Positions 47,059 through 54,679 of a DNA stretch of 64,000 nt are shown piece by piece (positions within the stretch are counted from its first letter, which is position 1; the number at the start of each line of letters is the position of its first letter). The notes beneath the pieces are model-generated. The model was not told the origin of the DNA. It made no database searches and saw only the letters and a list, made by a program, of their open reading frames with translations. The translations under genes and the position numbers were made by a program. The stretch spans positions 8,438-72,437 of IMG/VR virus record IMGVR_UViG_3300044511_000013; one strand, written 5' to 3'. This stretch comes from a virus.

Positions 47059-48345
47059 CTACTTGGTGATCTTCCACTCCCGCTTCAGGTGGCTCCACCG
47101 TGTCGTGCGGTTCTCGACGTACACGGTCTCGATCCCGAGCTTGGCGTCCACCACGATGCGGTCGTAGGTCTCCGGCGTGCCGTACACGAGCAACGTGCCG
47201 ATGTCGTGCTGCCTCGCTACGTGCTTGAGCCACCGATGGTGTCGAGCCCGAGCTGCCCTCTCCCTGGCCTCGCCGCTGTGCGTCTGCACCTGCGTGGCGC
47301 ACACGGGAATCTCTTTCGGCCATCCCGACAGCGCCCACTCGGCGTGTGCCGTGTCCGTGAACCACGGCAGGTTGGGGATCACGCTGATCCCCGCCTCCTG
47401 AGCGAACCTCGCCAGCCACCTCGTGCGGTACATGTTCCACAGCCACACGGCCTGCGGATGCCCGTCGTAGGGACTGAAGTCGTGCTCCACCATGGCCATG
47501 ATCCCGGCGTCCACCAACCGCATCACGTACCTGGCCGGGTCCTGCCACCAGCTCTCGAACCGCTCATCGTTGATGTAGAAGCACAGCGCCGTACGGTCCC
47601 ACGGCATCTCCCGTGTCGAGTCGGTGCTGTAGACGTACATGTAGCTGCCGTTGTGTTGCTCGCTGCCCGATGGTCCGACCCACGTGGTGATCGGTCTCGG
47701 CAGGTCGTCGAGCAACAGGTCGCTGCGCAGCTCGGGCATGTTCCACTGCCCGGCACCTGGCATGAAGTGCACGTCGGCGTTGAGCATGACCACTCGGTGC
47801 TGATCGTCCTCGAAGACCTGTTGGGCATCGTGCTCATCCGCCAGCACGTCCTCGTCGGCGTTGAGCACCCTCGCCGTGGTGATGTCCTCCTCGGGTCCCG
47901 CCTGCCTCGTGATGTCGTCGGCCTGGTGGGCCAGCATCGTGCTGATCGCTCGCTCACGTTCGGTGGCCTCGTCGAGGAGCGCCTGCGCCTCCCGGTCGGT
48001 GTACCCGGTGCCTGCGTAGTCACCGTCGAATGAGACGATGAGCTGGGTCAGTGCCTCGGGGTCGTAGCCACCGTGGTCGGTTGCCTTGTTGTCGACCGCC
48101 AGTATCTCCTTGGCCTGCCTGTCGTCCACGTCGATCAGGTCGACCACTGCCTCGGTCCAGCCGAGGTAGCGCATCGCTTCGAGCGTGCCATTGCCCGCCA
48201 GCACGTGCTTGGTGCGCTTCTGCACCACGAGTGGCCGGTACTGGCCATGGCGCTCCAGGCTCTCCACGAGGAGCCCGATGTCGTGGGTCCGTGCGTTGTC
48301 AGGATGGAAGTGCAGCGTGCTGATCCTGAGCGTCTTGCGGTCCAT
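47059..48345 (-). CDS. ParB-N domain + DUF4417-like protein
   Basis: HPDNAR.HD..L..SL..GQYRP+VV..VLAGNG..ADN; C-terminal FY+.D.RFE..W, DFS.Y..P..WN.YR.RW..G+.VIP. Confidence 0.7.
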   Translation of the reverse strand: MDRKTLRISTLHFHPDNARTHDIGLLVESLERHGQYRPLVVQKRTKHVLAGNGTLEAMRYLGWTEAVVDLIDVDDRQAKEILAVDNKATDHGGYDPEALTQLIVSFDGDYAGTGYTDREAQALLDEATERERAISTMLAHQADDITRQAGPEEDITTARVLNADEDVLADEHDAQQVFEDDQHRVVMLNADVHFMPGAGQWNMPELRSDLLLDDLPRPITTWVGPSGSEQHNGSYMYVYSTDSTREMPWDRTALCFYINDERFESWWQDPARYVMRLVDAGIMAMVEHDFSPYDGHPQAVWLWNMYRTRWLARFAQEAGISVIPNLPWFTDTAHAEWALSGWPKEIPVCATQVQTHSGEARERAARARHHRWLKHVARQHDIGTLLVYGTPETYDRIVVDAKLGIETVYVENRTTRWSHLKREWKITK

Positions 48346-48686
48346 CACGATGTCAGCGGCGTCACCTTGAACCACCCCTTTGCCCGCCGCTCGGTTGCGG
48401 TCAGACCGGCGAGTATCCCGTGGGCCAGCCTTGAGTCTTTCGCCCATTGCTCACACTCCTCGAAGACAGCGCAGCTTGCGCACACGGCCTTGGCCTTGGC
48501 GATGCGCTCCCGCCGCCCCGGTTCGAGCTTGGGGAAGTCATCCCACTCCTGAGGTGAAAAGAACAGGTGCCCGAGGCCCTTGCACTCGGCGTCATCCTGC
48601 CATGCGAGCGCTTCGGGCGAGAATGGCTGCCCCGTAGAGGGCAAGGCAGGCAGCGTCGGTGAGGTCTTGGCTTCGCCCACAAGCAT
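48345..48686 (-). CDS. whiB: WhiB-family transcription factor
   Basis: WQ..A.C...FF...AK.VC..C.V..EC..WA...G+.AGLT..ER; start uncertain. Confidence 0.85.
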   Translation of the reverse strand: MLVGEAKTSPTLPALPSTGQPFSPEALAWQDDAECKGLGHLFFSPQEWDDFPKLEPGRRERIAKAKAVCASCAVFEECEQWAKDSRLAHGILAGLTATERRAKGWFKVTPLTS

Positions 48687-49107
48687 CTGCAAGTCGGGGG
48701 TGTTTGGACCTGAGCCAAGAGGCGACGGTTGGCTTGTCGACATTGCCACGGCCGATGGTCTCCTTTTTCCACGTGGCAGGGGCCACCAGGAGCATCTCGT
48801 ACCCGCCCATCCCGACGGCGGCCTGCACGGCCCCGTTGCAGAAGCTCTGGAGGATGGTCGACCGAGGTGAAACTCCCATGGCTGGGGCCTCAATGGCGAC
48901 AAGGCGCACTCGCTGAGGATCGGGCAACTTCTCGGTGGTGGCCACGGCTGCACGTAGCGCTTGGACCGGACCTTGCGGTCCACGGTCGAGGGGCACGTGC
49001 CAGGTGGCGACGGCTTCGAGGGAGCCCGTGTCAATGGCCACAGCGGCATAGAGGCGTGACGACACATCGACACCGACGGTCACCTCGTGACTCTGACGCC
49101 TGACCAT
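48592..49107 (-). CDS. RuvC-like Holliday junction resolvase
   Basis: VGVD.S, VAIE.P, V.PATWKK...G.GN..K, D..DA..+A. Confidence 0.8.
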   Translation of the reverse strand: MVRRQSHEVTVGVDVSSRLYAAVAIDTGSLEAVATWHVPLDRGPQGPVQALRAAVATTEKLPDPQRVRLVAIEAPAMGVSPRSTILQSFCNGAVQAAVGMGGYEMLLVAPATWKKETIGRGNVDKPTVASWLRSKHPRLADACGRSQDLTDAACLALYGAAILARSARMAG

Positions 49108-49155
49108 TGGCGGTTCACGGTACACGGACAGGACAGCCAACAGGGTGACCCCGCA

Positions 49156-49192
49156 CAAAGAGAAACCCCGGAGGGCGGCTCCGGGGTCTCTC
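49156..49192 (-). terminator. Rho-independent terminator
   Basis: GAGAGACCCCGGAG-ccgcc-CTCCGGGGTTTCTC followed by TTT on the minus strand, downstream of the Rpf-like gene. Confidence 0.65.
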
Positions 49193-49271
49193 GGGAGGTT
49201 GTTGCTGCCAGCGGCTAGTGGGTCCGGCCGTGGGGGGGCCGTGTGGGAAGCCGCTGTGGTGATCGTACTCG

Positions 49272-49838
49272 CTAGCCACCCCAATGCGAAGCACCACGGC
49301 CGTGGTCCCACAACCACAACGCCACCGCATCCTGGATGTACTCGGGTGCCATCCCCGCCGTGGTGTCCGCCCAACGTGGGTGCCCGGCTCCTCGTGCTGC
49401 CACACGCCAGGTACGGGTCTCGAACTGGTACTTGCCCTCGGCAGTGCCGTGAGGGTTGCGCACGTCGATGAGCCACGCCTCCCGGTTGCAGATGTACACC
49501 GGCAGTGCGCATGGTCTGCGTGGCTTGATCCCGCCACGCACACACACGTAGCCCGAGGGGCATCCCGTCGGTGGGTTGTCCACGTGGCCACCGAGCCAGT
49601 TGATCAAGCGTTGGCACTGCTGATCGCACTGAATCTCGGGTGCCGGTGGAGGTGCGTGCGAAGGACGGGCCGAGAGCTGGGTCGACACGAGCACGGCTTC
49701 CACCGCCCGGTCTTCGGCCCGTGGTGATCCACTGGTCACGAGCGACCACGCTCCCATACCGAGGGCGAGTGTCGCCACAAGGGCTGCGTATTGGTGTCTC
49801 CGGGCAGTACGAAACTCCCGGCGTTCACGTCGATTCAT
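49272..49838 (-). CDS. Membrane-anchored Rpf-like / lysozyme-fold transglycosylase
   Basis: TM segment; IC.RE....N...A.GKYQF...TW...A..AP...QD.+A..L...G.SHW. Confidence 0.7.
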   Translation of the reverse strand: MNRRERREFRTARRHQYAALVATLALGMGAWSLVTSGSPRAEDRAVEAVLVSTQLSARPSHAPPPAPEIQCDQQCQRLINWLGGHVDNPPTGCPSGYVCVRGGIKPRRPCALPVYICNREAWLIDVRNPHGTAEGKYQFETRTWRVAARGAGHPRWADTTAGMAPEYIQDAVALWLWDHGRGASHWGG

Positions 49839-49885
49839 GGAGAGGCCCTTTCTGATAGCCACGTCCATCGTGGCTGGCCAATAGG

Positions 49886-50083
49886 CTACTTGGCTACGAT
49901 GCGATCGCAAGTCATGCAGTACCACCGGGTGTGATCCCAGCGCACCAGCTCTTGCTGATCGCAGAGCGGACACGTGCTCAAGGCCACCGTGCCCACGTGG
50001 CAATCCTGGCGCTTGTGCTGCCCTCGGCAGATGTTGCAGTAGGCCGTCCTGTGCTGCTTGTCAGAACGCCATCCCGATGTCAC
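49886..50083 (-). CDS. Small zinc-binding protein
   Basis: C..C...H....C, CP.C and C..C motifs. Confidence 0.45.
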   Translation of the reverse strand: MTSGWRSDKQHRTAYCNICRGQHKRQDCHVGTVALSTCPLCDQQELVRWDHTRWYCMTCDRIVAK

Positions 50084-50520
50084 CGCCGCCCAGCTAGATC
50101 GAACTCAAGCTGGATGGCGCTGATGCGCCGACTGCCCAGCTCGGTTGCCGCCTTGGCCAACTCGGTGAACGTCCGTAGCTCGCCCGTACGAAACTTGTAG
50201 TGCGCACTCGTCTTGGTGATCACTGCGCCCGTCGCCTCCAACCGCTGAATGATGCCGGTGATCTCAAGCGCCCTTGTGTAGTAGGCGCTCGCCACTTCCA
50301 TCAGTGTGGCAGTTCCGACATCGGTAGGTGGTGGGGTCCGGCCCATGAGCACGTCGGTCATCTCGTCAAGCTCGGCACGCAACTCGGTCAGGTCCGGTGC
50401 GCCCTCACCGACCTTGAAAAACCTCGTGCCGACTCTCGCCTGCGTGGCGTAGCGCCGAGCGATGTCGTCGTCAGCGCCGTCGAATGCGGCTGACTCGCTC
50501 GGTGGCACCGGCTTGGTCAT
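50080..50520 (-). CDS. Hypothetical helical protein
   Basis: MTKPVPP...; start uncertain. Confidence 0.5.
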   Translation of the reverse strand: MTKPVPPSESAAFDGADDDIARRYATQARVGTRFFKVGEGAPDLTELRAELDEMTDVLMGRTPPPTDVGTATLMEVASAYYTRALEITGIIQRLEATGAVITKTSAHYKFRTGELRTFTELAKAATELGSRRISAIQLEFDLAGRR

Positions 50521-51274
50521 AGCTCTCGTAGCCGAGGCAGATGCCCGAGTAGGCGCACCTGCGGAAGGTCGGGGAGGCACCTTGCTCACACTCCTTGAGG
50601 ATCGGCGGTAGCTCCCGCCTGATTCGGTAGCCGTCGAGGGTCTCCAGGTCTTCGAGCGCCTCTGCGATCGGGGCCTCGTCCCGCTCAACGACAAACTCTC
50701 GGTACTCCTGCGAGCCCTTCTCGTCGTAGACGATGCTGAACCGCTCCAGCGTGGGCATCGCTGCGAAATAGACCGCCACTTGGCGTTGGTGTGGCGGCAG
50801 TGGCCCCTCATCGACCCAGGAGAGGCTCCTGATGCCCTTCAGCTCGAAGCCGAAGGCCATCGGGTCATTCACCCCGTCGAGGGTGCCACGGGCCACCAGA
50901 AGGCCGTCAGAGGGCCTGTGCAGCTTGGTCGGCACCTCGATCCTGGTGAGGAACCCGGACTCCAGGCCCGCCGCCTGCCACGCCAGGTGACGCCACTGGC
51001 CGTCGATGAAGATGCGGGTCAGCGTGGTGTCGACCAACGGCTTGGCGGGTGCGCCGAGCACACCGAACACCTGCGCTCGGTGACACGTGGTCTGAGCGCT
51101 GGCGCTGAAGCTGCCCGAGCGCACCCTCGGTGGCTTCATCATCTCGATGTTGAGGCGGTCGACCGTCTCCTGGCTGAACACGGGGTTGCCGTTCGAGCGC
51201 AGCAACCACTCCTCGTACACCGGGGTCACGAGCCCCGGCCTACGGAGCTTGCGCACCAGTCCGGTCAGGCTCAC
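50471..51274 (-). CDS. Cas4-like PD-(D/E)xK exonuclease
   Basis: SAS...C.R, G...H, GTLDG, ELK, Q...Y, C-terminal C......C.Y...C. Confidence 0.75.
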   Translation of the reverse strand: MSLTGLVRKLRRPGLVTPVYEEWLLRSNGNPVFSQETVDRLNIEMMKPPRVRSGSFSASAQTTCHRAQVFGVLGAPAKPLVDTTLTRIFIDGQWRHLAWQAAGLESGFLTRIEVPTKLHRPSDGLLVARGTLDGVNDPMAFGFELKGIRSLSWVDEGPLPPHQRQVAVYFAAMPTLERFSIVYDEKGSQEYREFVVERDEAPIAEALEDLETLDGYRIRRELPPILKECEQGASPTFRRCAYSGICLGYESYDQAGATERVSRIRRR

Positions 51275-51459
51275 CCCCACATCTCCGGGAACCACCAACT
51301 GCGATCGACGTGGGTGAGACGCCGCCCACCGAGAGCGTCCAGCACCTCGTCAAGGTGCGCACGCATCCAGTCGGCGAGGTGATCGTCGTGGTGTTCGGGT
51401 TCGCACTCCAGGTCGTGCTGCGCACGGTCGAGCAAGTCGGCGAGCGGGTCGTCACTCAT
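51271..51459 (-). CDS. Hypothetical protein
   Basis: MSDDPLADL...; coupled to neighbours. Confidence 0.45.
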   Translation of the reverse strand: MSDDPLADLLDRAQHDLECEPEHHDDHLADWMRAHLDEVLDALGGRRLTHVDRSWWFPEMWG

Positions 51460-51668
51460 CGGGGGCTCCTTTCGACCGGAAACGACCACGCCATCTCAGG
51501 AATAACGGTCAGCCCGAACACCAAGCTGAACGTCTTCTCCATTTCGGGGTTCACCTCACGGACGTGCTGCATCGCATTCTCTAGCGTGTCGGCGACGACG
51601 AGCGCCTCGTGTTCCTCTGTGCCAGCGGTCCAGCGGACCACCCAAGTCTTGCGTTGGCCGTCACTCAT
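51456..51668 (-). CDS. Hypothetical protein
   Basis: MSDGQRKTWVVRW...; GGAGG RBS. Confidence 0.45.
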   Translation of the reverse strand: MSDGQRKTWVVRWTAGTEEHEALVVADTLENAMQHVREVNPEMEKTFSLVFGLTVIPEMAWSFPVERSPR

Positions 51669-51894
51669 CTCCCGCCCCCTCCATCGGGAACGCCCAGGTG
51701 CGCCCGGAGTTGAGCGAACGTCGGCACCAGTCGTAGCCGCAGTCACCCGGCGCTCGCTCGCTGTCCCAACTCGACGTGCAGTCGTGGAACCAGCCATAGG
51801 GTTCGCCACCGAGCGCTGCCAGCACCTCGTCACGGCGCTCCCGCAGATGGTCGGCGATGATCTTGGCCACCACGGATGCGTCGTTGTCACTCAT
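51661..51894 (-). CDS. Hypothetical protein
   Basis: 77 aa; shares the LR...DEVL.ALGG..W.FP motif with 51271-51459. Confidence 0.5.
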   Translation of the reverse strand: MSDNDASVVAKIIADHLRERRDEVLAALGGEPYGWFHDCTSSWDSERAPGDCGYDWCRRSLNSGRTWAFPMEGAGDE

Positions 51895-52137
51895 CGTCGT
51901 CCTCCCTCTCCACGAGCCCGATCGAAAGCAGCTCGGCCCACACTGCCCCGGCGATTATCTCCCGTTCAGGCCCGAGGTGCTTGTACACGGCGTCCAGCGG
52001 GTAGGTGCCCCGACTCGTAGACCCGACGGGTCTCGGCATCCTTGATGGAACTTCGCAGCCTCCCGGTCCAGGAGCGCCCCAGCCGCCCGCACGTCCTTGC
52101 CGAGACGGCCGATTGGATCGAATGGTGTTGTGGTCAT
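51887..52137 (-). pseudogene. Small gene apparently broken by two +1 indels (or sequencing errors)
   Basis: Removing one C (TTC C ATC) and one G (TCG G GGC) gives an 82-aa ORF ending at a stop coupled to the next ATG. Confidence 0.4.
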
Positions 52138-52138
52138 G

Positions 52139-52465
52139 TCATGCCCTCCCTTTTTTCCCACGGCCCGGCAGCACTTCGCCTTCGAGTCTCAGCCCGAGGC
52201 TGTCAAAGAACACGATCAGCCGAGCCCGCTTGTTGGTCCTGGAGGCAGCCAACCACAACTGTTGGATGTCTATTCCCTTCAGCACCACCGTCGAGTTGAC
52301 CGTCTTGATCTGGATGATCTCCTCGTCGGTGCTGCCGTCCTCCTTGATCTGACCGCTGCCCGAGCCGGGGTGCTGCCTCGCCCCGTGCAGCTTCAGGATG
52401 ATGGCTTCCTCTTGGAGCCCGACTTCTTGGCGGGTAGGGGTGCGCCACGGCAACTCGATTGCCAT
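52139..52465 (-). CDS. Hjc-like PD-(D/E)xK nuclease
   Basis: E......GA...PGSGSG..K.D......Q+K. Confidence 0.55.
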   Translation of the reverse strand: MAIELPWRTPTRQEVGLQEEAIILKLHGARQHPGSGSGQIKEDGSTDEEIIQIKTVNSTVVLKGIDIQQLWLAASRTNKRARLIVFFDSLGLRLEGEVLPGRGKKGRA

Positions 52466-53463
52466 ACCTGGTCGATCGCCTTCGTCTTCAGCTTCGGGTC
52501 CGACCGGATCGTCGCCTCCAGGCCCTTGCGGCCTCTGCCGCTTGCCACGCTTGGCCATTCCCAGGTTCCTCTCCCGGCATCGAGCACCACACCGTTGACG
52601 AGTGCCCACCCCACGGCGTACCCCACCTCATCGACCTCGGCGTGCTCCAGGTCGAAGGTGAAGTGTTGCTCGGTGTGCGGTGCGGTGAGCTTGGACTTCT
52701 CCAGCGTGGCCTTGATGTTCTGGCCCACCACCGACTTGACCGCTTGGCGCTTGTAGCCGTCACTCGTGCGCACCGTGGTCGGGTCGGCGTCGCTGTAGAG
52801 CTTGCCGGTCTTGCGCAAGCTGATCCGGTGGCTGGCGTAGAAGGGGAGGGCCTTGCCTCCCGGCACGGCCTCGGGTGAGCCGAAGGTGATCCCGACGTTG
52901 GTGCGCACCTGGTTGATGAACAGCAACGCCGTGGCGTGGTTCGCCGTGTTGAGCTTGCGCAGGCTGCGTGACATGAACTCGGCGAGTCGGGCCGGTTGCA
53001 CCGTGTCGCTCGCCATCTTCCCGTGCTCGGTCTTGGGCAGTGTCGCCGCCACGCTGTCCCACACGATCAGGTCGACCTCGTAGGACCGCAGGAACGTCTC
53101 GGTGACATCGACCGCTGCCTCGCCGTGCTCCGGGTGCCACACGATCAGGTCGTCGGTGTTCACGCCCAGCGTCCTCGCCCACTCGGCATCGAAGGCGTGC
53201 TCGGTGTCCACGAGCACAGCGATGCCACCGGCCCGCTGGGTCTCGGCTGCGCAGCGCAGAGCGATGTAGGACTTGAGGGAGCTGAAGTTGCCGTACATCT
53301 CGGTGATGCGCCCCTTGGGGATGCCCCCACCGAGCAACACGTCGATCGGCAGCACCCCGGTCGGCAGAAGCACCGGCTGGAACTCGGGGTCGCTGGCCAG
53401 CTTCACGGCGTCGGTCTTGAGCGTGCTGTTGACCATCGCCGCCAGCTCTCTGGCACGGGTCAC
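52393..53463 (-). CDS. recA: RecA-like recombinase
   Basis: PTG...D..LGGG+P.GRI.E.YG, VD.EHA.D, DSVAA, FINQ.R, PGG.AL.FYAS.R. Confidence 0.92.
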   Translation of the reverse strand: MTRARELAAMVNSTLKTDAVKLASDPEFQPVLLPTGVLPIDVLLGGGIPKGRITEMYGNFSSLKSYIALRCAAETQRAGGIAVLVDTEHAFDAEWARTLGVNTDDLIVWHPEHGEAAVDVTETFLRSYEVDLIVWDSVAATLPKTEHGKMASDTVQPARLAEFMSRSLRKLNTANHATALLFINQVRTNVGITFGSPEAVPGGKALPFYASHRISLRKTGKLYSDADPTTVRTSDGYKRQAVKSVVGQNIKATLEKSKLTAPHTEQHFTFDLEHAEVDEVGYAVGWALVNGVVLDAGRGTWEWPSVASGRGRKGLEATIRSDPKLKTKAIDQVWQSSCRGAPLPAKKSGSKRKPSS

Positions 53464-53651
53464 CGTGTCGGCCTCCGCAGTCGATGGCGCAGCCCGGTCA
53501 GGACGACCACGCCGACCATCAGGACAGTGAACCCGACCCATGCCGTGCCAAGGTCCGATCCCGTGTCAGGGTGCCGGGGAGGGTCGGTCGGGTCAGGAAG
53601 CGTCGTGCTGGGCGGGTCGGGGTCGCCGTACACAACCGGTGTCGATGCCAT
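53460..53651 (-). CDS. Small membrane protein
   Basis: Pro-rich segment, HPDTG, TM helix, basic tail (resembles a sortase-type sorting signal). Confidence 0.45.
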   Translation of the reverse strand: MASTPVVYGDPDPPSTTLPDPTDPPRHPDTGSDLGTAWVGFTVLMVGVVVLTGLRHRLRRPTR

Positions 53652-53654
53652 GTG

Positions 53655-54341
53655 TCACGCTCTCTTTCGTTTGGTGATCTTGGTGCCCGGCACCTGGCGG
53701 ATGACGAGCTGATCGGGTTCAGGTTCGGGTTCAGGTTCGGGCTCGGGTGGCTGTAGCGGTCCAGGAGAGGCCGGGCCTCCCGACCACCCAGGACACGTCT
53801 GAAGGACCCAGTTCGTGATGGGGATGACGAGGCAGTCCTTGTGGTGCGGGTCGTACATCGCCCCCAGCGCATGACGCACGAGCGTCTCGCACTGATCGGC
53901 GATCATCGCATTGGACTGAGGGCGAAACGAGGCGCTCCTGTTCTGCCCGTTCGTGCTGCACCAACTCGCAGTGATCTGAGGATGCAGACCACCGAGGAAG
54001 GACACTGAAACGGTGCCCACGCTGCCATCGGTGAGGTGGCCGCAATGGAACACGGCATGTTGCTGAATCGGCCCCGTTGTCGTGGACACGAAGCCACCGG
54101 CTCCTCCGGTCATCACGAAGCCACCGGCTGATCCTCCGGTCCCGCCCGAGCTGAATGCTCTAGCGCTGCCGCCGCCTCCATGCCCAACCGTCATCACCGT
54201 CACAGTTGATCCGCCGCCGCTTCCTCCCCAGGTGGTGGTGGGGTCGACGTGCTGATCGTTGCCGGTCAGGTCGAGAACCCGCACGCCCGGAGGCAAGTCC
54301 TTGGCTTCCTCGTCCTCGTCCCGCTGCTTACGCCATCTCAT
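53655..54341 (-). CDS. Hypothetical protein with Gly-rich and PE-repeat segments
   Basis: 228 aa; GG-rich N-half; EPEPEPEP near the C-terminus. Confidence 0.5.
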   Translation of the reverse strand: MRWRKQRDEDEEAKDLPPGVRVLDLTGNDQHVDPTTTWGGSGGGSTVTVMTVGHGGGGSARAFSSGGTGGSAGGFVMTGGAGGFVSTTTGPIQQHAVFHCGHLTDGSVGTVSVSFLGGLHPQITASWCSTNGQNRSASFRPQSNAMIADQCETLVRHALGAMYDPHHKDCLVIPITNWVLQTCPGWSGGPASPGPLQPPEPEPEPEPEPDQLVIRQVPGTKITKRKRA

Positions 54342-54666
54342 CGTGCTGTTGCTTTCTGGCCTCGATGAAGTCCATCAGGATGGCGTTCACCCGGTCGGTG
54401 TTGTCGGCGGTCATCCGAGCCATGCGGGCCGTGGTGCGGAACTGCTTCAACTCGTGCAGCGCCTCACCGCTCCACTCCACCTCGTCGCCGAGGTCCTGGA
54501 GGAATGCATCGAGCACGTTCTCGACACCATTGCAGAAGGTCCGCAACAGCTCAAGGTGATCCGACATGCTGCCCAGCAAGTCGATCACAGCGGTCTGCTG
54601 GGTGCTCAGAGTCCCGTAGAACTCCTCCCATGCCTCCATGAACTCCTCCCACGTCGGCGTTTCCAT
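54328..54666 (-). CDS. Hypothetical helical protein
   Basis: METPTWEEF... with GGAGG RBS. Confidence 0.55.
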   Translation of the reverse strand: METPTWEEFMEAWEEFYGTLSTQQTAVIDLLGSMSDHLELLRTFCNGVENVLDAFLQDLGDEVEWSGEALHELKQFRTTARMARMTADNTDRVNAILMDFIEARKQQHDEMA

Positions 54667-54679
54667 AGCCCCTCCCTTC

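Noticed and set aside
49200-49270. Possible tRNA/ncRNA in the intergenic gap
   Set aside because: Only an 8-bp inverted repeat (CAGCGGCT/AGCCGCTG); no cloverleaf or TTCGA T-loop
50471-51274. Cas4-like gene as part of a CRISPR-Cas system
   Set aside because: Solo Cas4-like exonucleases are common in phage recombination modules; no array or cas1/cas2 seen
53712-53748. GGTTCA/GGTTCG hexamer tandem repeat
   Set aside because: Simply encodes a Pro-Glu linker
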